A stretch of 64,000 nt of DNA, from the IMG/VR virus record IMGVR_UViG_3300037560_000207, positions 96,001-160,000 of that record. The stretch is one strand, 5' to 3'. This stretch comes from a virus. Positions within the stretch are counted from its first letter, which is position 1, and the number at the start of each line of letters is the position of its first letter. A model generated the notes under the pieces. The model did not search any database. It had not been told where the DNA came from and saw nothing but the letters and a program-made list of their open reading frames with translations. A program made the position numbers and the translations under genes. Shown here piece by piece: positions 18,071 through 28,383 of this stretch.

Positions 18071-18520
18071 ATGAAGAGATGGTGTATTCTTTGGGTATTA
18101 TTGGCAGCGACAGCATTACCTGTAACGGGTTGCTCCTTGTTAAGTGGTGGCGATAATTGGAATAATAATATTCCACAATTAAAAGCTGATATTTTTATGT
18201 TCTCGAAGTTGGCTACGAGAATTGCTTTATTCGAAGCAGATATGTCAACAGGGGATGTAAAAGTTGTTGAAGATTATTTAGTGGCAATACGAGACCTATT
18301 GGTTGTACCTGGTCAGCCGGACTTTACAGGTGCTAGGGCATTAGTAAGTATCAAGCTTCCCCCAAAGTATCAAATTTACGGTTTAACTATTATAGATGTG
18401 CTGGAAAGATACTTACAGACAGTTAATCTTAATATTACCGGAAATCAGGAGGCAGTAATTAGTCTCGTCTCTTCCGGTATTGATGGTGCGATTGAAGCCG
18501 TTCAAGAATTTGCTGATTGA
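18071..18520 (+). CDS. putative lipoprotein
   Basis: MKR + hydrophobic core + VTGC lipobox; AGGAGG SD. Confidence 0.7.
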   Translation: MKRWCILWVLLAATALPVTGCSLLSGGDNWNNNIPQLKADIFMFSKLATRIALFEADMSTGDVKVVEDYLVAIRDLLVVPGQPDFTGARALVSIKLPPKYQIYGLTIIDVLERYLQTVNLNITGNQEAVISLVSSGIDGAIEAVQEFAD

Positions 18521-18590
18521 ATAATGCGAAAATATATTAATAAACAAATCGATAAGCTTACGGTTAAGCCGGATTAGGTCGCTGGATTCT

Positions 18591-19472
18591 ATGGGGTATA
18601 GACAGAATACTAAATTTTCGCTCTGGGGTATTATCTATTATATCCTAATTTTTATGTTTGCATATCAAGCAAGCAGTAGTGGTGAAAATCCATCACGAGA
18701 AATCATACCAATGGATAATTATGTTGATCCAACATATTGTCCAGAAACAGTAATAACAGAGTCGATAGATGAAATCGAACTTCGCCAAAAGGAAATGCTA
18801 GACACGGTAGTTCTCATTCAAACTAGTCGGGGAAATGGTTCTGCCACAATTATTTATCGTTTCGAAACTGATATAGAAGGAATATTTGAATATTTTGTCA
18901 TAACTAATGAACATTTAACTCGCTTACGATTTGTTACATATTTACAAGACGTGAGTTCTCTTACTGGAAGAATTAAGACCCAGACTGTTGACATGGGTTG
19001 CGAGATCATTACTTTTGATCATACCAATAAGGATTGGAATCAATACAGTGCTAATGTAATAGCAGAAGATGTTCAGTACGATTTAGCTATTTTATCATTT
19101 CTATCTAACCAAGAATTAGCTGTGGCTCAAATAGCTGATGAAGATATGTTGGAACAAGTTCGTGTTTTTGACGAAATAGTCTCAATTGGTTGCCAACTAG
19201 GTGGAGTACCAATACCTACGACTGGCATTATATTTCAAATAATAATAGGAGATAATGGCGAAAAAAGATGGATAATTTATGGTAATACGGCACAAATCAG
19301 TCCAGGATCAAGCGGTGGGGCTTTATATAAAAAGTACGGTGACCACTACTACCTGATCGGGATACCCTTCAGTGTGTTGGTTTACCATGATCAATTGATC
19401 TCCCATTTGGCCTACGCCATTTCCATTGCGACCGCGAGGGATTTTATTAACCAAAATTTGGCGGTTGAATAA
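18591..19472 (+). CDS. trypsin-like (S1/HtrA-type) serine protease with N-terminal anchor
   Basis: GSATII, ITNEH (His), DLAIL (Asp), ISPGSSGGAL (Ser). Confidence 0.85.
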   Translation: MGYRQNTKFSLWGIIYYILIFMFAYQASSSGENPSREIIPMDNYVDPTYCPETVITESIDEIELRQKEMLDTVVLIQTSRGNGSATIIYRFETDIEGIFEYFVITNEHLTRLRFVTYLQDVSSLTGRIKTQTVDMGCEIITFDHTNKDWNQYSANVIAEDVQYDLAILSFLSNQELAVAQIADEDMLEQVRVFDEIVSIGCQLGGVPIPTTGIIFQIIIGDNGEKRWIIYGNTAQISPGSSGGALYKKYGDHYYLIGIPFSVLVYHDQLISHLAYAISIATARDFINQNLAVE

Positions 19473-19473
19473 A

Positions 19474-20128
19474 ATGCGAAAATTAATTGATTTAATTGGA
19501 CAGAAATTTGGACAGTTATTTGTTATTAGAAGGGTAGATAATGACAAGCACGGAAACCATCAATGGTTATGTCAATGTGAATGTAAAAATGAAGTAATTG
19601 TTCGTGGCAGTAATTTCAAAAACGGGAAGACCAAAAGTTGTGGTTGTCTGCGAAAAAAAAATTACTCAAAATACGGGTAGTAGAAATATAAAACATGGCC
19701 GTAGTCAAAATGATAAAACTTATAAATCATGGCAAGGTATAAAAGATAGATGTACCAATCAAAATCATAAACGATATAAAGATTACGGTGGTCGAGGGAT
19801 TATTGTTTGTAAAGACTGGTTAAATTTTTCTAACTTTTTAAGAGATAATGGCGAATGTCCCTCTGGGTGTACGATTGAACGGATAAGAAATTTGGAAGGA
19901 TATTATCCTGGGAATTGTTATTGGGCTACTTGGGAAGAACAAGCAAGAAATAGACGAAGTAATCATTTAGAAACATTTAATGGGAAAACTCAATGTTTAG
20001 CGGGTTGGTCAGAAGAAACAGGAATTCCTAATCATATTATTTGTCAAAGATTAAGACATGGTTGGCCACCAGAGAGAGCTTTAACCGAACCGGTAAGAAA
20101 ATATAGGAAAATAAAAGTTGGAATTTAA
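19474..20128 (+). pseudogene. HNH-like family A copy 4, frameshifted
   Basis: N-half (MRKLIDLIGQKFGQL..SCGC) and C-half (KHG..YGGRGI..NCYWAT) lie in different frames; break at the A9 run 19653-19661. Confidence 0.75.
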
Positions 20129-20783
20129 AGTGGACAAAATCATTCAAGGTATGCAAACAGCTAATAAACCAAGCGATTACTGGCTATCTTCGGATATTCA
20201 TTTTCCAGAACTAGAAGATAGTAAATCGGTTATACACCGAAATAATCAATCTGTTTGGGTCCATACTATGCAAGTTATTGATTTATTAATACTAAAAAAT
20301 CCTGTTACTTTATTAGCAAGTCTTTTCCACGACCTTGGTAAGTGTTATGTCGAAAATACTGGTAATCCATCAATGCCTAGATTTCCTTGTCATGCTATCG
20401 AATCAGCAAATATTGCAAAGATGAAGTTAACAGAATGGCAAGCTTCATCATATCTTATCGATAGAGTTAATAGGATTATTTTAACCCATATGTATGATAT
20501 AGTTCGGCCAATCCGAGAAAAAACAATACGTAGATTTATTGTTAATATCGGATTGGACAATATAGAGAATTGGTTTGCGCTTCGGCGCGCCGATTCAGCA
20601 TCCTATTCTAACCATGGTCAATACAAGCGATATATAATCGATCCATTTTATAAATCTGTACGACATTATCTAGACAGATTACCTTCCAAAGATAATTCAT
20701 TACAATCTCCATCAGAATCAAATGTTGCTATTGTGGGAAAAGATCATGAGATTAATGATATATCTTTGTTGATGGAAGGCTAA
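20118..20783 (+). CDS. HD-domain phosphohydrolase (CCA-adding enzyme/poly(A) polymerase C-terminal-like)
   Basis: VWVHT..V, LFHDLGK, F..H...SA, HM; no nucleotidyltransferase domain. Confidence 0.75.
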   Translation: MEFKVDKIIQGMQTANKPSDYWLSSDIHFPELEDSKSVIHRNNQSVWVHTMQVIDLLILKNPVTLLASLFHDLGKCYVENTGNPSMPRFPCHAIESANIAKMKLTEWQASSYLIDRVNRIILTHMYDIVRPIREKTIRRFIVNIGLDNIENWFALRRADSASYSNHGQYKRYIIDPFYKSVRHYLDRLPSKDNSLQSPSESNVAIVGKDHEINDISLLMEG

Positions 20784-20788
20784 TAAAT

Positions 20789-21424
20789 ATGGGAGCACAT
20801 CTAATTGATTTAGTAGGAAAAAAATTTGGACGACTTATAGTTTTAGAACGGATTGATGATATTAATGGTAAACCGACAAGATGGTTGTGTAGATGTAATT
20901 GCAATAAAAAAATAACGGTTTTAGGTTATAATCTTAAAAATGGTAATACAAAAAGTTGTGGATGCTTAAAAATAAGACATGGTCATCGCACTATTACAAT
21001 AACATCTCCTACTTATCAATCGTGGCGTGATATGATTCAGCGATGTACAAATCTAAAATATAAACAATATCATTATTATGGTGGTCGTGGAATTACTGTT
21101 TGTAAGAAATGGAGAAATTCTTTTGAAATCTTTTTAGAAGATATGGGGGAGACACCTAAAGGATGTCAGATTGATAGAATTAACAATGATGGTAATTATT
21201 GCAAAGAAAATTGTCGTTGGATCACTCCTAAAAAACAAGCGAGAAATAGACGGAATAATCTTTACAAAACATATAAAGGGAAAACTCAACTTGTAATTGA
21301 ATGGGCAGAAGAATATAATATTCCATATGGAGTTTTGTCAATAAGATTATATAAACTTGGTTGGTCTATGGAAAAAGCATTAATTACTTCGGTCAAACAA
21401 TATAAAAAAGGAGAATTATTATGA
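20789..21424 (+). CDS. free-standing HNH-like homing endonuclease, family A copy 5
   Basis: Family motifs (QIDRINNDGNY..NCRW); stop overlaps the nrdJ ATG. Confidence 0.8.
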   Translation: MGAHLIDLVGKKFGRLIVLERIDDINGKPTRWLCRCNCNKKITVLGYNLKNGNTKSCGCLKIRHGHRTITITSPTYQSWRDMIQRCTNLKYKQYHYYGGRGITVCKKWRNSFEIFLEDMGETPKGCQIDRINNDGNYCKENCRWITPKKQARNRRNNLYKTYKGKTQLVIEWAEEYNIPYGVLSIRLYKLGWSMEKALITSVKQYKKGELL

Positions 21425-24348
21425 CAATGCCTTTATACGAACCAACCAGTTTTGCTTTACAAATATTCAAAGATAGATATGCAATTCATCAGGAAGAATC
21501 ATTTGCACAAGCATGTGAACGAGTTTCTAGGGTAATTGCTGATGCCGAAACAGGTACTAAAAGAGATGAATATTTTCAACGATTTTTGGATATTTTAGTA
21601 ACCAATCGATTTTCTCCAGGTGGTAGAATTTGGCGTGGAGCAGGTCGTCCACGAGGACAATTACTTAATTGTTTTTGTATTCCAGCAGAGGATAGTAGAG
21701 AAGGGTGGGGAGATGTACTTAGATCAGTTACTATTATATCCGGTACTGGAGGTGGGGTCGGAATCAATTTTTCTAAAATCCGTCCAAGAGGTACTTCTAT
21801 CCGTGGTACGGGAGGTGAGGCTACCGGCGCGGTTAGTCTTATGCGAGCAGTCAACGCTGTCTGTAATGAATTACGTGAAGGTGGTGGAAGGCGATCAGCT
21901 TTGATGTTCTGTTTAAAATATGATCATCCAGATTTAATAGAATTCTTGGAAGCCAAATTGGATGATAAAGAACTTAATAACGCTAATATCTCTGTCCTTA
22001 TTGATAATGATTTCTTAAAATTATTGGATGAGGATGGAGAAATTATTTTTAAATGGCAAGGAGAAAAACGTGGAAGAATTGCAATTAAAAGGGTTTGGGA
22101 TAAGATTATTCAAAATGCATGGAGAAATGGTGATCCAGGATTTTTGAACATTGGTTTAATGAATGAACAGAATACTATATCATATACAAAAGACGGCGAG
22201 ATATCATCAACAAATCCGTGTTTTACAAAAGAAATGAGACTTCATACAAGTCGTGGTATATTATCTTTACAAGAATTATTTGAGTCTGGTTGTTTTAATC
22301 GAGTAGTAACTGACAATAGATGTATAAATACAATATTGGATGGGGTAAAGATTCGTAATGCAAGCTCTGTCAAATTAACAGGATATCAACAACAAATTTA
22401 CAGAGTTATTACTTCTCATGGGAGTATAATAAGATGCACGAAATATCATGAGTTTATAACTCCAAGGGGTCGTAGACCATTATTTGCACTTAATCCTGGT
22501 GATTGGATAAATACACAACAAAAAGAAGGTTGTTGGGGAAATATTGGCGATTATGATGATGGATTAATTATTGGGTCTTTCGTCGGTGACGGTACCTTAT
22601 CATATGGAACAACCGATTTACCAAGTATGTGTCTTGATTATTGGAACGAAGAAGACTTATGTAATCATATGTTAAGATTAGTTAATAAAAAAGTAGCAAT
22701 TTATGAAAATAATAATGATTGTAGGAAATATGGTCCTTTATCTATTATAAAATGCCTCAAATATGCAAAATTACGGATTTCCTCGGCTAGATTAACGAAA
22801 TATTTTGAGCAGAAATTTCAAATACATGTTGAAACCCTTAAAACCAAATTACCAGAAGCTGTCTGGAAGGGATCAAGAGATATGGTTAGAGGATATCTAG
22901 CTGGTATATTTCAGGCTGATGGTTCTGTTCAGTTAAAGGATCGTGGGACAAAGGGTTCTCTTTGTGTTCGTTTATCTCAAAGTAATGAACAATTACTCAG
23001 AGAAATTCAAATATTATTGAGCAATTTTGGGATTATGTCATCTATACACAAAAGACGAAATGCTGATTATAGAAATTTACCAGATGGACAAGGTGGATTA
23101 AAACCATATTGGTGTAAAACTCAATATGAATTAATAATAAATAGACCAAATGCAGTTGTTTTTGAAAATTTAATAGGTTTTTCTGGTAACAAACAAAAAC
23201 AATTATCTGATGCTTTGGACAAGAGGGGCAGAGAATGTCAAAAGAAGGAAAGATTTATTGTACAAATTAAATCTATTAATCAAGACGGGATAGAAAATGT
23301 CTATTGTTTGAACGAACCAGAAACTCATTCATTGATAGTCAATGGATTGGTTGTAGGAAATTGTGGAGAAATCCCGCTTGAGGATTATGGATGTTGTTGT
23401 TTAGGTGCAATTAATTTATATACTCATGTTTCAAACGGTGAAATTGATTGGGATTTGCTCGAAGAAACGGTTTCTATAGGTGTTAGATTTTTGGATAATG
23501 TATTAGATCAAAACAATTATCCACTTCCTATTATCCAAGAAACGTCTCAAAAACACCGTCGTATTGGTTTAGGAGTCATGGGACTTCATGATATGCTACT
23601 TGAGCTTGATCTTAAATACTCCAGTAAAGAAGCTAGAGATTTTGTTAACAAGGTGATGAATTGCATAAAGAAACAAGCTTATCATTCTAGTATAAGAATT
23701 GCGATAGAAAAAGGGTCGTTCCACGCTTTTGATGTAAATCAGCATACTAAGACTGGTTTTGTTAAAAAGTGTTTGACACGAAATCATCATCGTCTAATTA
23801 AAGAACATGGTCTTCGTAATTGTGCCATACTTTGTATCGCCCCGACTGGGACTACATCTATTGTAGCTGGTTGTTCATCTGGTATTGAGCCATTGTTTCA
23901 ACCTGTCTACGAAAGACGTTTTAATAAACATAAAGATATGCATGATGATGAAAAAAGAGATAAAGCTACAGAAATAATAGTTCATCCATTATTAAAGAAA
24001 TTTTTAGAAGATCGTCGATCTACAAAACATTTTCAGGGTGCTCATGATATCTCACCAGAAGATCATTTAGCTATGCAAGCGGTTTGTCAAAGACACATAG
24101 ACAATTCTATTTCAAAGACAGTTAATTGCCCTGTTGATTATCCTGTAGAAGAATTATCTGAAATAATAAAAAAATATATCAGTGAACTCAAAGGGATTAC
24201 TATTTACAGAGATACTAGTAAAGGAAAATCACCACTTGTTCCGCTTCCCTTATCAGAAGCAAAAAAGTATTTGGATCAAATGAAAGAGGAAGCTGCTGTG
24301 GATGATTGTCCAAGTGGTGTATGTGATATTTCGAAAGGTGGTAATTAA
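21421..24348 (+). CDS. nrdJ: class II (B12-dependent) ribonucleotide reductase with intein
   Basis: FSPGGRI, LLNCF, GGGVG.NFS.IRP.G, N(A)NISV, NP/CGE.PL, CLGAINL, R.IGLGVMG, IAPTGT, SSGIEP. Confidence 0.92.
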   Translation: MTMPLYEPTSFALQIFKDRYAIHQEESFAQACERVSRVIADAETGTKRDEYFQRFLDILVTNRFSPGGRIWRGAGRPRGQLLNCFCIPAEDSREGWGDVLRSVTIISGTGGGVGINFSKIRPRGTSIRGTGGEATGAVSLMRAVNAVCNELREGGGRRSALMFCLKYDHPDLIEFLEAKLDDKELNNANISVLIDNDFLKLLDEDGEIIFKWQGEKRGRIAIKRVWDKIIQNAWRNGDPGFLNIGLMNEQNTISYTKDGEISSTNPCFTKEMRLHTSRGILSLQELFESGCFNRVVTDNRCINTILDGVKIRNASSVKLTGYQQQIYRVITSHGSIIRCTKYHEFITPRGRRPLFALNPGDWINTQQKEGCWGNIGDYDDGLIIGSFVGDGTLSYGTTDLPSMCLDYWNEEDLCNHMLRLVNKKVAIYENNNDCRKYGPLSIIKCLKYAKLRISSARLTKYFEQKFQIHVETLKTKLPEAVWKGSRDMVRGYLAGIFQADGSVQLKDRGTKGSLCVRLSQSNEQLLREIQILLSNFGIMSSIHKRRNADYRNLPDGQGGLKPYWCKTQYELIINRPNAVVFENLIGFSGNKQKQLSDALDKRGRECQKKERFIVQIKSINQDGIENVYCLNEPETHSLIVNGLVVGNCGEIPLEDYGCCCLGAINLYTHVSNGEIDWDLLEETVSIGVRFLDNVLDQNNYPLPIIQETSQKHRRIGLGVMGLHDMLLELDLKYSSKEARDFVNKVMNCIKKQAYHSSIRIAIEKGSFHAFDVNQHTKTGFVKKCLTRNHHRLIKEHGLRNCAILCIAPTGTTSIVAGCSSGIEPLFQPVYERRFNKHKDMHDDEKRDKATEIIVHPLLKKFLEDRRSTKHFQGAHDISPEDHLAMQAVCQRHIDNSISKTVNCPVDYPVEELSEIIKKYISELKGITIYRDTSKGKSPLVPLPLSEAKKYLDQMKEEAAVDDCPSGVCDISKGGN
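22219..23361 (+). mobile_element. intein with LAGLIDADG endonuclease in nrdJ (381 aa)
   Basis: NP|CFTKEMR...VYCL.EPETHSLIVNGLVVGN|CGE; DOD motifs GSFVGDG and LAGIFQADG. Confidence 0.9.
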
Positions 24349-25541
24349 TGGCAAAAGAAAAATCGCAATTAGATGAGCAAATGCAAGAAGTCATTAGAAT
24401 GATTAGAGTACATAATCGAAACGGAGGCACCGGCGTACTTAGGGAAGAAGTGGCAGAAGGATTAGATGTAACTGTCTGGAAGGCAAGAAAACTTATTACT
24501 CAAGCTGAAACTATTTTAGCAGGTGCGCCAAAAGTCGGAATTGATCCAAGTGACCCACTTTTCCGATCAGAAGTCGCTAGACATATAAAGCAAGCAACTA
24601 CAGCGGTAAAAGTTGCGGAAAAAATGCATTCAACAGAAGAAGATGTATTTGCTGTTATTGATGATATGGAAGAGCGCGGGTATATCATTAATCGCAGAGG
24701 TCATACTATCCAACTTGATAAAATATCTTTTAAGGAAAGTAATACGATATGTTTTCCTCATCATTTTTATGATAAACCAATGCAATTCGGTATTGTATCC
24801 GATATGCATATGTGTAATAAACATTCACGTTTAGATGTTCTAGAAATGGCATATGATGAATTTGCCAGACGTAAAATTAAAACAGTTTTATGTCCAGGAA
24901 ATTATACTGATGGTGAATTCAAATTTAATAAACATGAACTTTTAGCTCATGGAATTGCGGATCAAGCCTTATATTGTATTGATCATTGGCCACAAAGGAA
25001 AGGAATTGTAACATATTATATTGATGGTTGTTGTCACGAAGGCTGGTGGCAAATGAGAGAAGGAATTGAGTTTGGTCGTTACCTTATGCTTGAAGCTCAA
25101 AGTCATGGAAGAAATGATCTTCAATATCTTGGGCATTTAGAAGCAGATATTTTATTAAAAGCATCCACCGGTGATTGTACTCTTAAATTAATGCATCCTG
25201 GTGGGGGCAGCCCCTATGCAATTTCTTACCCGTCTCAGAAAATAGTAGAGAGTTTGCAAGGGGGAATGAAGCCGGCAATTTTACTTTGCGGACATCACCA
25301 TAAAATGGATTATTGTTATCCTCGCAATACCCATGTATTACAATGTGCAACTACTTGCGATCAAACTTCTTTTATGCGGAAAAATAAATTAGAAGCCCAT
25401 CTCGGGTTTTTGATTTGCACTTTTCAACAAGATATCAATGGTGGAATTACACGCTTTGTTCCTGAATGGTTTCCATTTTTTGATAAAAAATATTATGAAA
25501 CGCGGGATGATATTCAAGAACAAATGGTAATTAATGACTGA
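24348..25541 (+). CDS. HTH-fused calcineurin-like metallophosphoesterase
   Basis: FGIVSDMH, GN..DG, HPGGG, GHHH; N-terminal HTH-like segments. Confidence 0.8.
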   Translation: MAKEKSQLDEQMQEVIRMIRVHNRNGGTGVLREEVAEGLDVTVWKARKLITQAETILAGAPKVGIDPSDPLFRSEVARHIKQATTAVKVAEKMHSTEEDVFAVIDDMEERGYIINRRGHTIQLDKISFKESNTICFPHHFYDKPMQFGIVSDMHMCNKHSRLDVLEMAYDEFARRKIKTVLCPGNYTDGEFKFNKHELLAHGIADQALYCIDHWPQRKGIVTYYIDGCCHEGWWQMREGIEFGRYLMLEAQSHGRNDLQYLGHLEADILLKASTGDCTLKLMHPGGGSPYAISYPSQKIVESLQGGMKPAILLCGHHHKMDYCYPRNTHVLQCATTCDQTSFMRKNKLEAHLGFLICTFQQDINGGITRFVPEWFPFFDKKYYETRDDIQEQMVIND

Positions 25542-25932
25542 AAGGATTAAAATGATTGGTAAATCTGTTTGTGTAGATTTGGATGGAGTATTATTATATT
25601 ATAATAATTGGAAAGGAATGGACGGTCGGCTTGGTAAGCCCAGACCTGGTGCCAAACAATTCCTAACAAAAATAAGAAAATTTGCCAGAGTTATAATTTT
25701 TACTGCTAGATTAGCAGAAGAACATCAATCTCTTGGTGATAGAACTTTTTATCGAATTAAATCATGGTTAGAATATAATGACCTTCCCTATGATGAAATT
25801 TATATAGGTCGAGGCAAACCAATTGCTGAAGCTTTTGTGGATGATAGGGCTATATCTATTCCTAAGAATCCAGTAGAATCAGATTTTGATGAAGCTTTGA
25901 TTAAAGTGAAACGATTTGTTGAAAATGTTTAG
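25534..25932 (+). CDS. HAD-superfamily phosphatase
   Basis: VDLDGVL, FTAR, KP.A..FVDDRA. Confidence 0.8.
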   Translation: MTERIKMIGKSVCVDLDGVLLYYNNWKGMDGRLGKPRPGAKQFLTKIRKFARVIIFTARLAEEHQSLGDRTFYRIKSWLEYNDLPYDEIYIGRGKPIAEAFVDDRAISIPKNPVESDFDEALIKVKRFVENV

Positions 25933-25943
25933 GGGAATATAAA

Positions 25944-26399
25944 ATGTTAACTCTTATGTGCGGACTCCCTGGGTCTGGTAAATCTACTTATTTAAAAAAT
26001 AGAATCTTACCTAGAGAAACAATAATTTTATGTTCCGATGACTTTCGATTAGTTCTCACCGGAAGATCATTTCATGAACCAGCGGAAGATTCTGTATGGT
26101 CACATGTAAAAATTGCAGCTAGAGTTTTATTAAAACAGAATTATCATGTAATTATTGATTGCACAAATTTAACTGTAGAAAGAAGGAAAAATTGGATAAA
26201 CCTTGCTGATGAAATCGGGGTTCATACATGTTGTTTGTGGCAGAATGTTCCCATATCGATTGCTATAGAAAGAAATAAAAATCGTTCAGAAGAAAAGGTA
26301 GTCCCTTCTGAAGCGATGAAACGAATGATAGATAATTTTGTTCCACCAATGAAAGAAGAAGGTTTCCTTTATATTAGAGAAAGAAAAATAAATGAGTAA
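25944..26399 (+). CDS. P-loop kinase (AAA_33/polynucleotide kinase-like)
   Basis: GLPGSGKST, SDD.R, VIIDCTN....RR, RN..R...VP. Confidence 0.85.
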   Translation: MLTLMCGLPGSGKSTYLKNRILPRETIILCSDDFRLVLTGRSFHEPAEDSVWSHVKIAARVLLKQNYHVIIDCTNLTVERRKNWINLADEIGVHTCCLWQNVPISIAIERNKNRSEEKVVPSEAMKRMIDNFVPPMKEEGFLYIRERKINE

Positions 26400-27345
26400 A
26401 ATTATTCAATCACATGCCTGGAGTGAATCAAGGGTCAAGACTCTCCGCGAATGTATGTGGAAATATCATCTTCAATATAATGTCGCTTGGGAAGGTTGGT
26501 TAGGTAGTGCTCCTCAAGAAAAGAGGAGGGCATATATGTTGAAGAACATGACTAATCTTCCTATGTGGATAGGCAATATTGTTCATAATATAATTGAAGA
26601 AATAATTACTGTTGGTCGCAATACTGGAGAATGGGCAACTTTAGAAGAGTCTCAGCACAATGCTATTCAAGCATTAAGAAAAGGTTGGAAACAATCTGTC
26701 GATAAAAGATGGCAGATTAGCCCTAAACAAAATATCAATCTTGCGGAACATTTTTATCAAGAAGAGATTGAACCAGATCGTTTAGCATCTTATAAACAAA
26801 AGGTTCTTAAATCACTCAAAGCATTCTATGAAATGCCTCTATTTAAGGTTTTACAGAATCTCAAAAAAGATGCATGGCTTACTCTTGAAGATTTTCAGAA
26901 GTTCCAATTAAATACAGGAGAAGAAGTTGCACTCAAAATCGACGTAGGATTTCGGTATAATAATAAAGTTTATCTTCTGGATTGGAAAACAGGTCAAGTA
27001 AGCGATAGCGTAATCGATCAACTAATAACATATAGTATGTATGCCCTGAAACAAGGATGGATAAAAAAGCCTGATGAAATAATCATCATACCAGTATATT
27101 TAGCGGCATATGCAGAGCTTGGGGAACAAGCAACACCACATCTTGAAGTTACAATGCACCATATAAATCGGCAAGCTGGAATTATAAAAAATGAATATCC
27201 GTTGTTAATTCAAGCTTTTCAACACAAAGATGATCCTTCATACTTTGAACATACCGATAACGAAAATGCTTGTAAAAGATGTTTCTTCAGAAATATGTGT
27301 AAAGGTGCAAAGACGGAAATAGAAAAAGGGGAAACACCATTTTAG
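26392..27345 (+). CDS. PD-(D/E)XK nuclease, RecB/Cas4-like
   Basis: WS.SR......C..KY, KID, LLDWKTG, C-terminal C..C.F...C. Confidence 0.8.
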   Translation: MSKIIQSHAWSESRVKTLRECMWKYHLQYNVAWEGWLGSAPQEKRRAYMLKNMTNLPMWIGNIVHNIIEEIITVGRNTGEWATLEESQHNAIQALRKGWKQSVDKRWQISPKQNINLAEHFYQEEIEPDRLASYKQKVLKSLKAFYEMPLFKVLQNLKKDAWLTLEDFQKFQLNTGEEVALKIDVGFRYNNKVYLLDWKTGQVSDSVIDQLITYSMYALKQGWIKKPDEIIIIPVYLAAYAELGEQATPHLEVTMHHINRQAGIIKNEYPLLIQAFQHKDDPSYFEHTDNENACKRCFFRNMCKGAKTEIEKGETPF

Positions 27346-27353
27346 AAGCAACT

Positions 27354-27776
27354 TTGTATTTCGATGGAGGAATACGTAAAGGCTTAATGGCTTATGGTTG
27401 GTTATTGGTAGATTTAGAAGATGAAACAGAAGTAATTGCATCTGGCAATAGAACTTGTGGAACAGGAACTTCTAATATAGCAGAATATAGAGCCCTTATT
27501 GCTGGACTCAGAGGAAGTATAAAAGCTGGAATTGATATCATTCATATTATTGGAGATAGTCAATTGATTATCAAACAAGTAACCAGAGTATTTAAGGTAA
27601 AAAAACCAGAACTCAAAAAGCATCGAGATCGTGTACTTGAATTACTACAGCAATTTGAAATTTTTTCAATCAAATGGGTTCCAAGGCGAGAAAATAAACG
27701 AGCCGATGCTCTTGTTAATGAAGTATTTGAAAGGAAGAATAAAAAATGTTCCGAGCAGCAAAAGCAGCAATCGTAA
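27354..27776 (+). CDS. rnhA: ribonuclease HI
   Basis: YFDGG, TSNIAEY.AL..GL, GDSQLII.QV, WVPR.EN..AD.L; start may lie upstream (ATT 27339). Confidence 0.9.
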   Translation: MYFDGGIRKGLMAYGWLLVDLEDETEVIASGNRTCGTGTSNIAEYRALIAGLRGSIKAGIDIIHIIGDSQLIIKQVTRVFKVKKPELKKHRDRVLELLQQFEIFSIKWVPRRENKRADALVNEVFERKNKKCSEQQKQQS

Positions 27777-28288
27777 CCATATTCTTTTGTGTCGTGCTAC
27801 AAGGTTGTGTAGCACCTGGAGCAATTAAAGCTGAGATTCAAGGCGTTCGCAATGATATGGGTCAACTTGAAAAAATAGTGGATCAAAAAGCTGATAATTC
27901 CGTAGTTGCTGAAAAGATAGATGAAGTTAATAATAATATCGAACAGGTTGCCCAGATTGCCGAAGAATTATCTCTCTGGCGTACAAACGTGAAAGCGAAA
28001 ACAATTAATTACGGGGGTGGAGGATGGATTGTACTTGGCACTGGTATTATAGTTTTAATTTTTGTGGGAGCTGGTTTTTTGTTCATTAGAGCGTTTATTA
28101 AACGTGGTAATTCTCTAAGTCTTTTAACTTGTGCCATTCAAAAAGTTGGAAAATATTCACCAGCATCCGTAACTAATATAAAAGCACAATTAAAGAAAGA
28201 AATACAAGAGGGACAATTTAAAGAAAAAGACAGGCAAAATTTGGGAAAATTTGCTAAAAAAATTGGAACTTTTACGGAACAAAAATAA
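27746..28288 (+). CDS. putative lipoprotein/membrane protein
   Basis: LQGC lipobox, coiled coil and a second hydrophobic segment. Confidence 0.65.
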   Translation: MFRAAKAAIVTIFFCVVLQGCVAPGAIKAEIQGVRNDMGQLEKIVDQKADNSVVAEKIDEVNNNIEQVAQIAEELSLWRTNVKAKTINYGGGGWIVLGTGIIVLIFVGAGFLFIRAFIKRGNSLSLLTCAIQKVGKYSPASVTNIKAQLKKEIQEGQFKEKDRQNLGKFAKKIGTFTEQK

Positions 28289-28304
28289 GCTTTGAAGGTA
28301 TAAT
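28276..28304 (+). promoter_or_regulatory. class-1 (ECF-like) promoter
   Basis: GGAAC-N16-GGTATAAT. Confidence 0.6.
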
Positions 28305-28383
28305 AGGTAGGAGATACAGTTATGTTTGAAAAACTATTGTGTATCTATCTAGAAAGAGACAAATAGCTTTCAAGGAGATTTAA

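Noticed and set aside
28305-28383. Structured leader or small ORF upstream of the FmdB gene
   Set aside because: Only a 7-bp stem (AGATACA/TGTATCT) and a 14-codon ORF; no recognisable riboswitch
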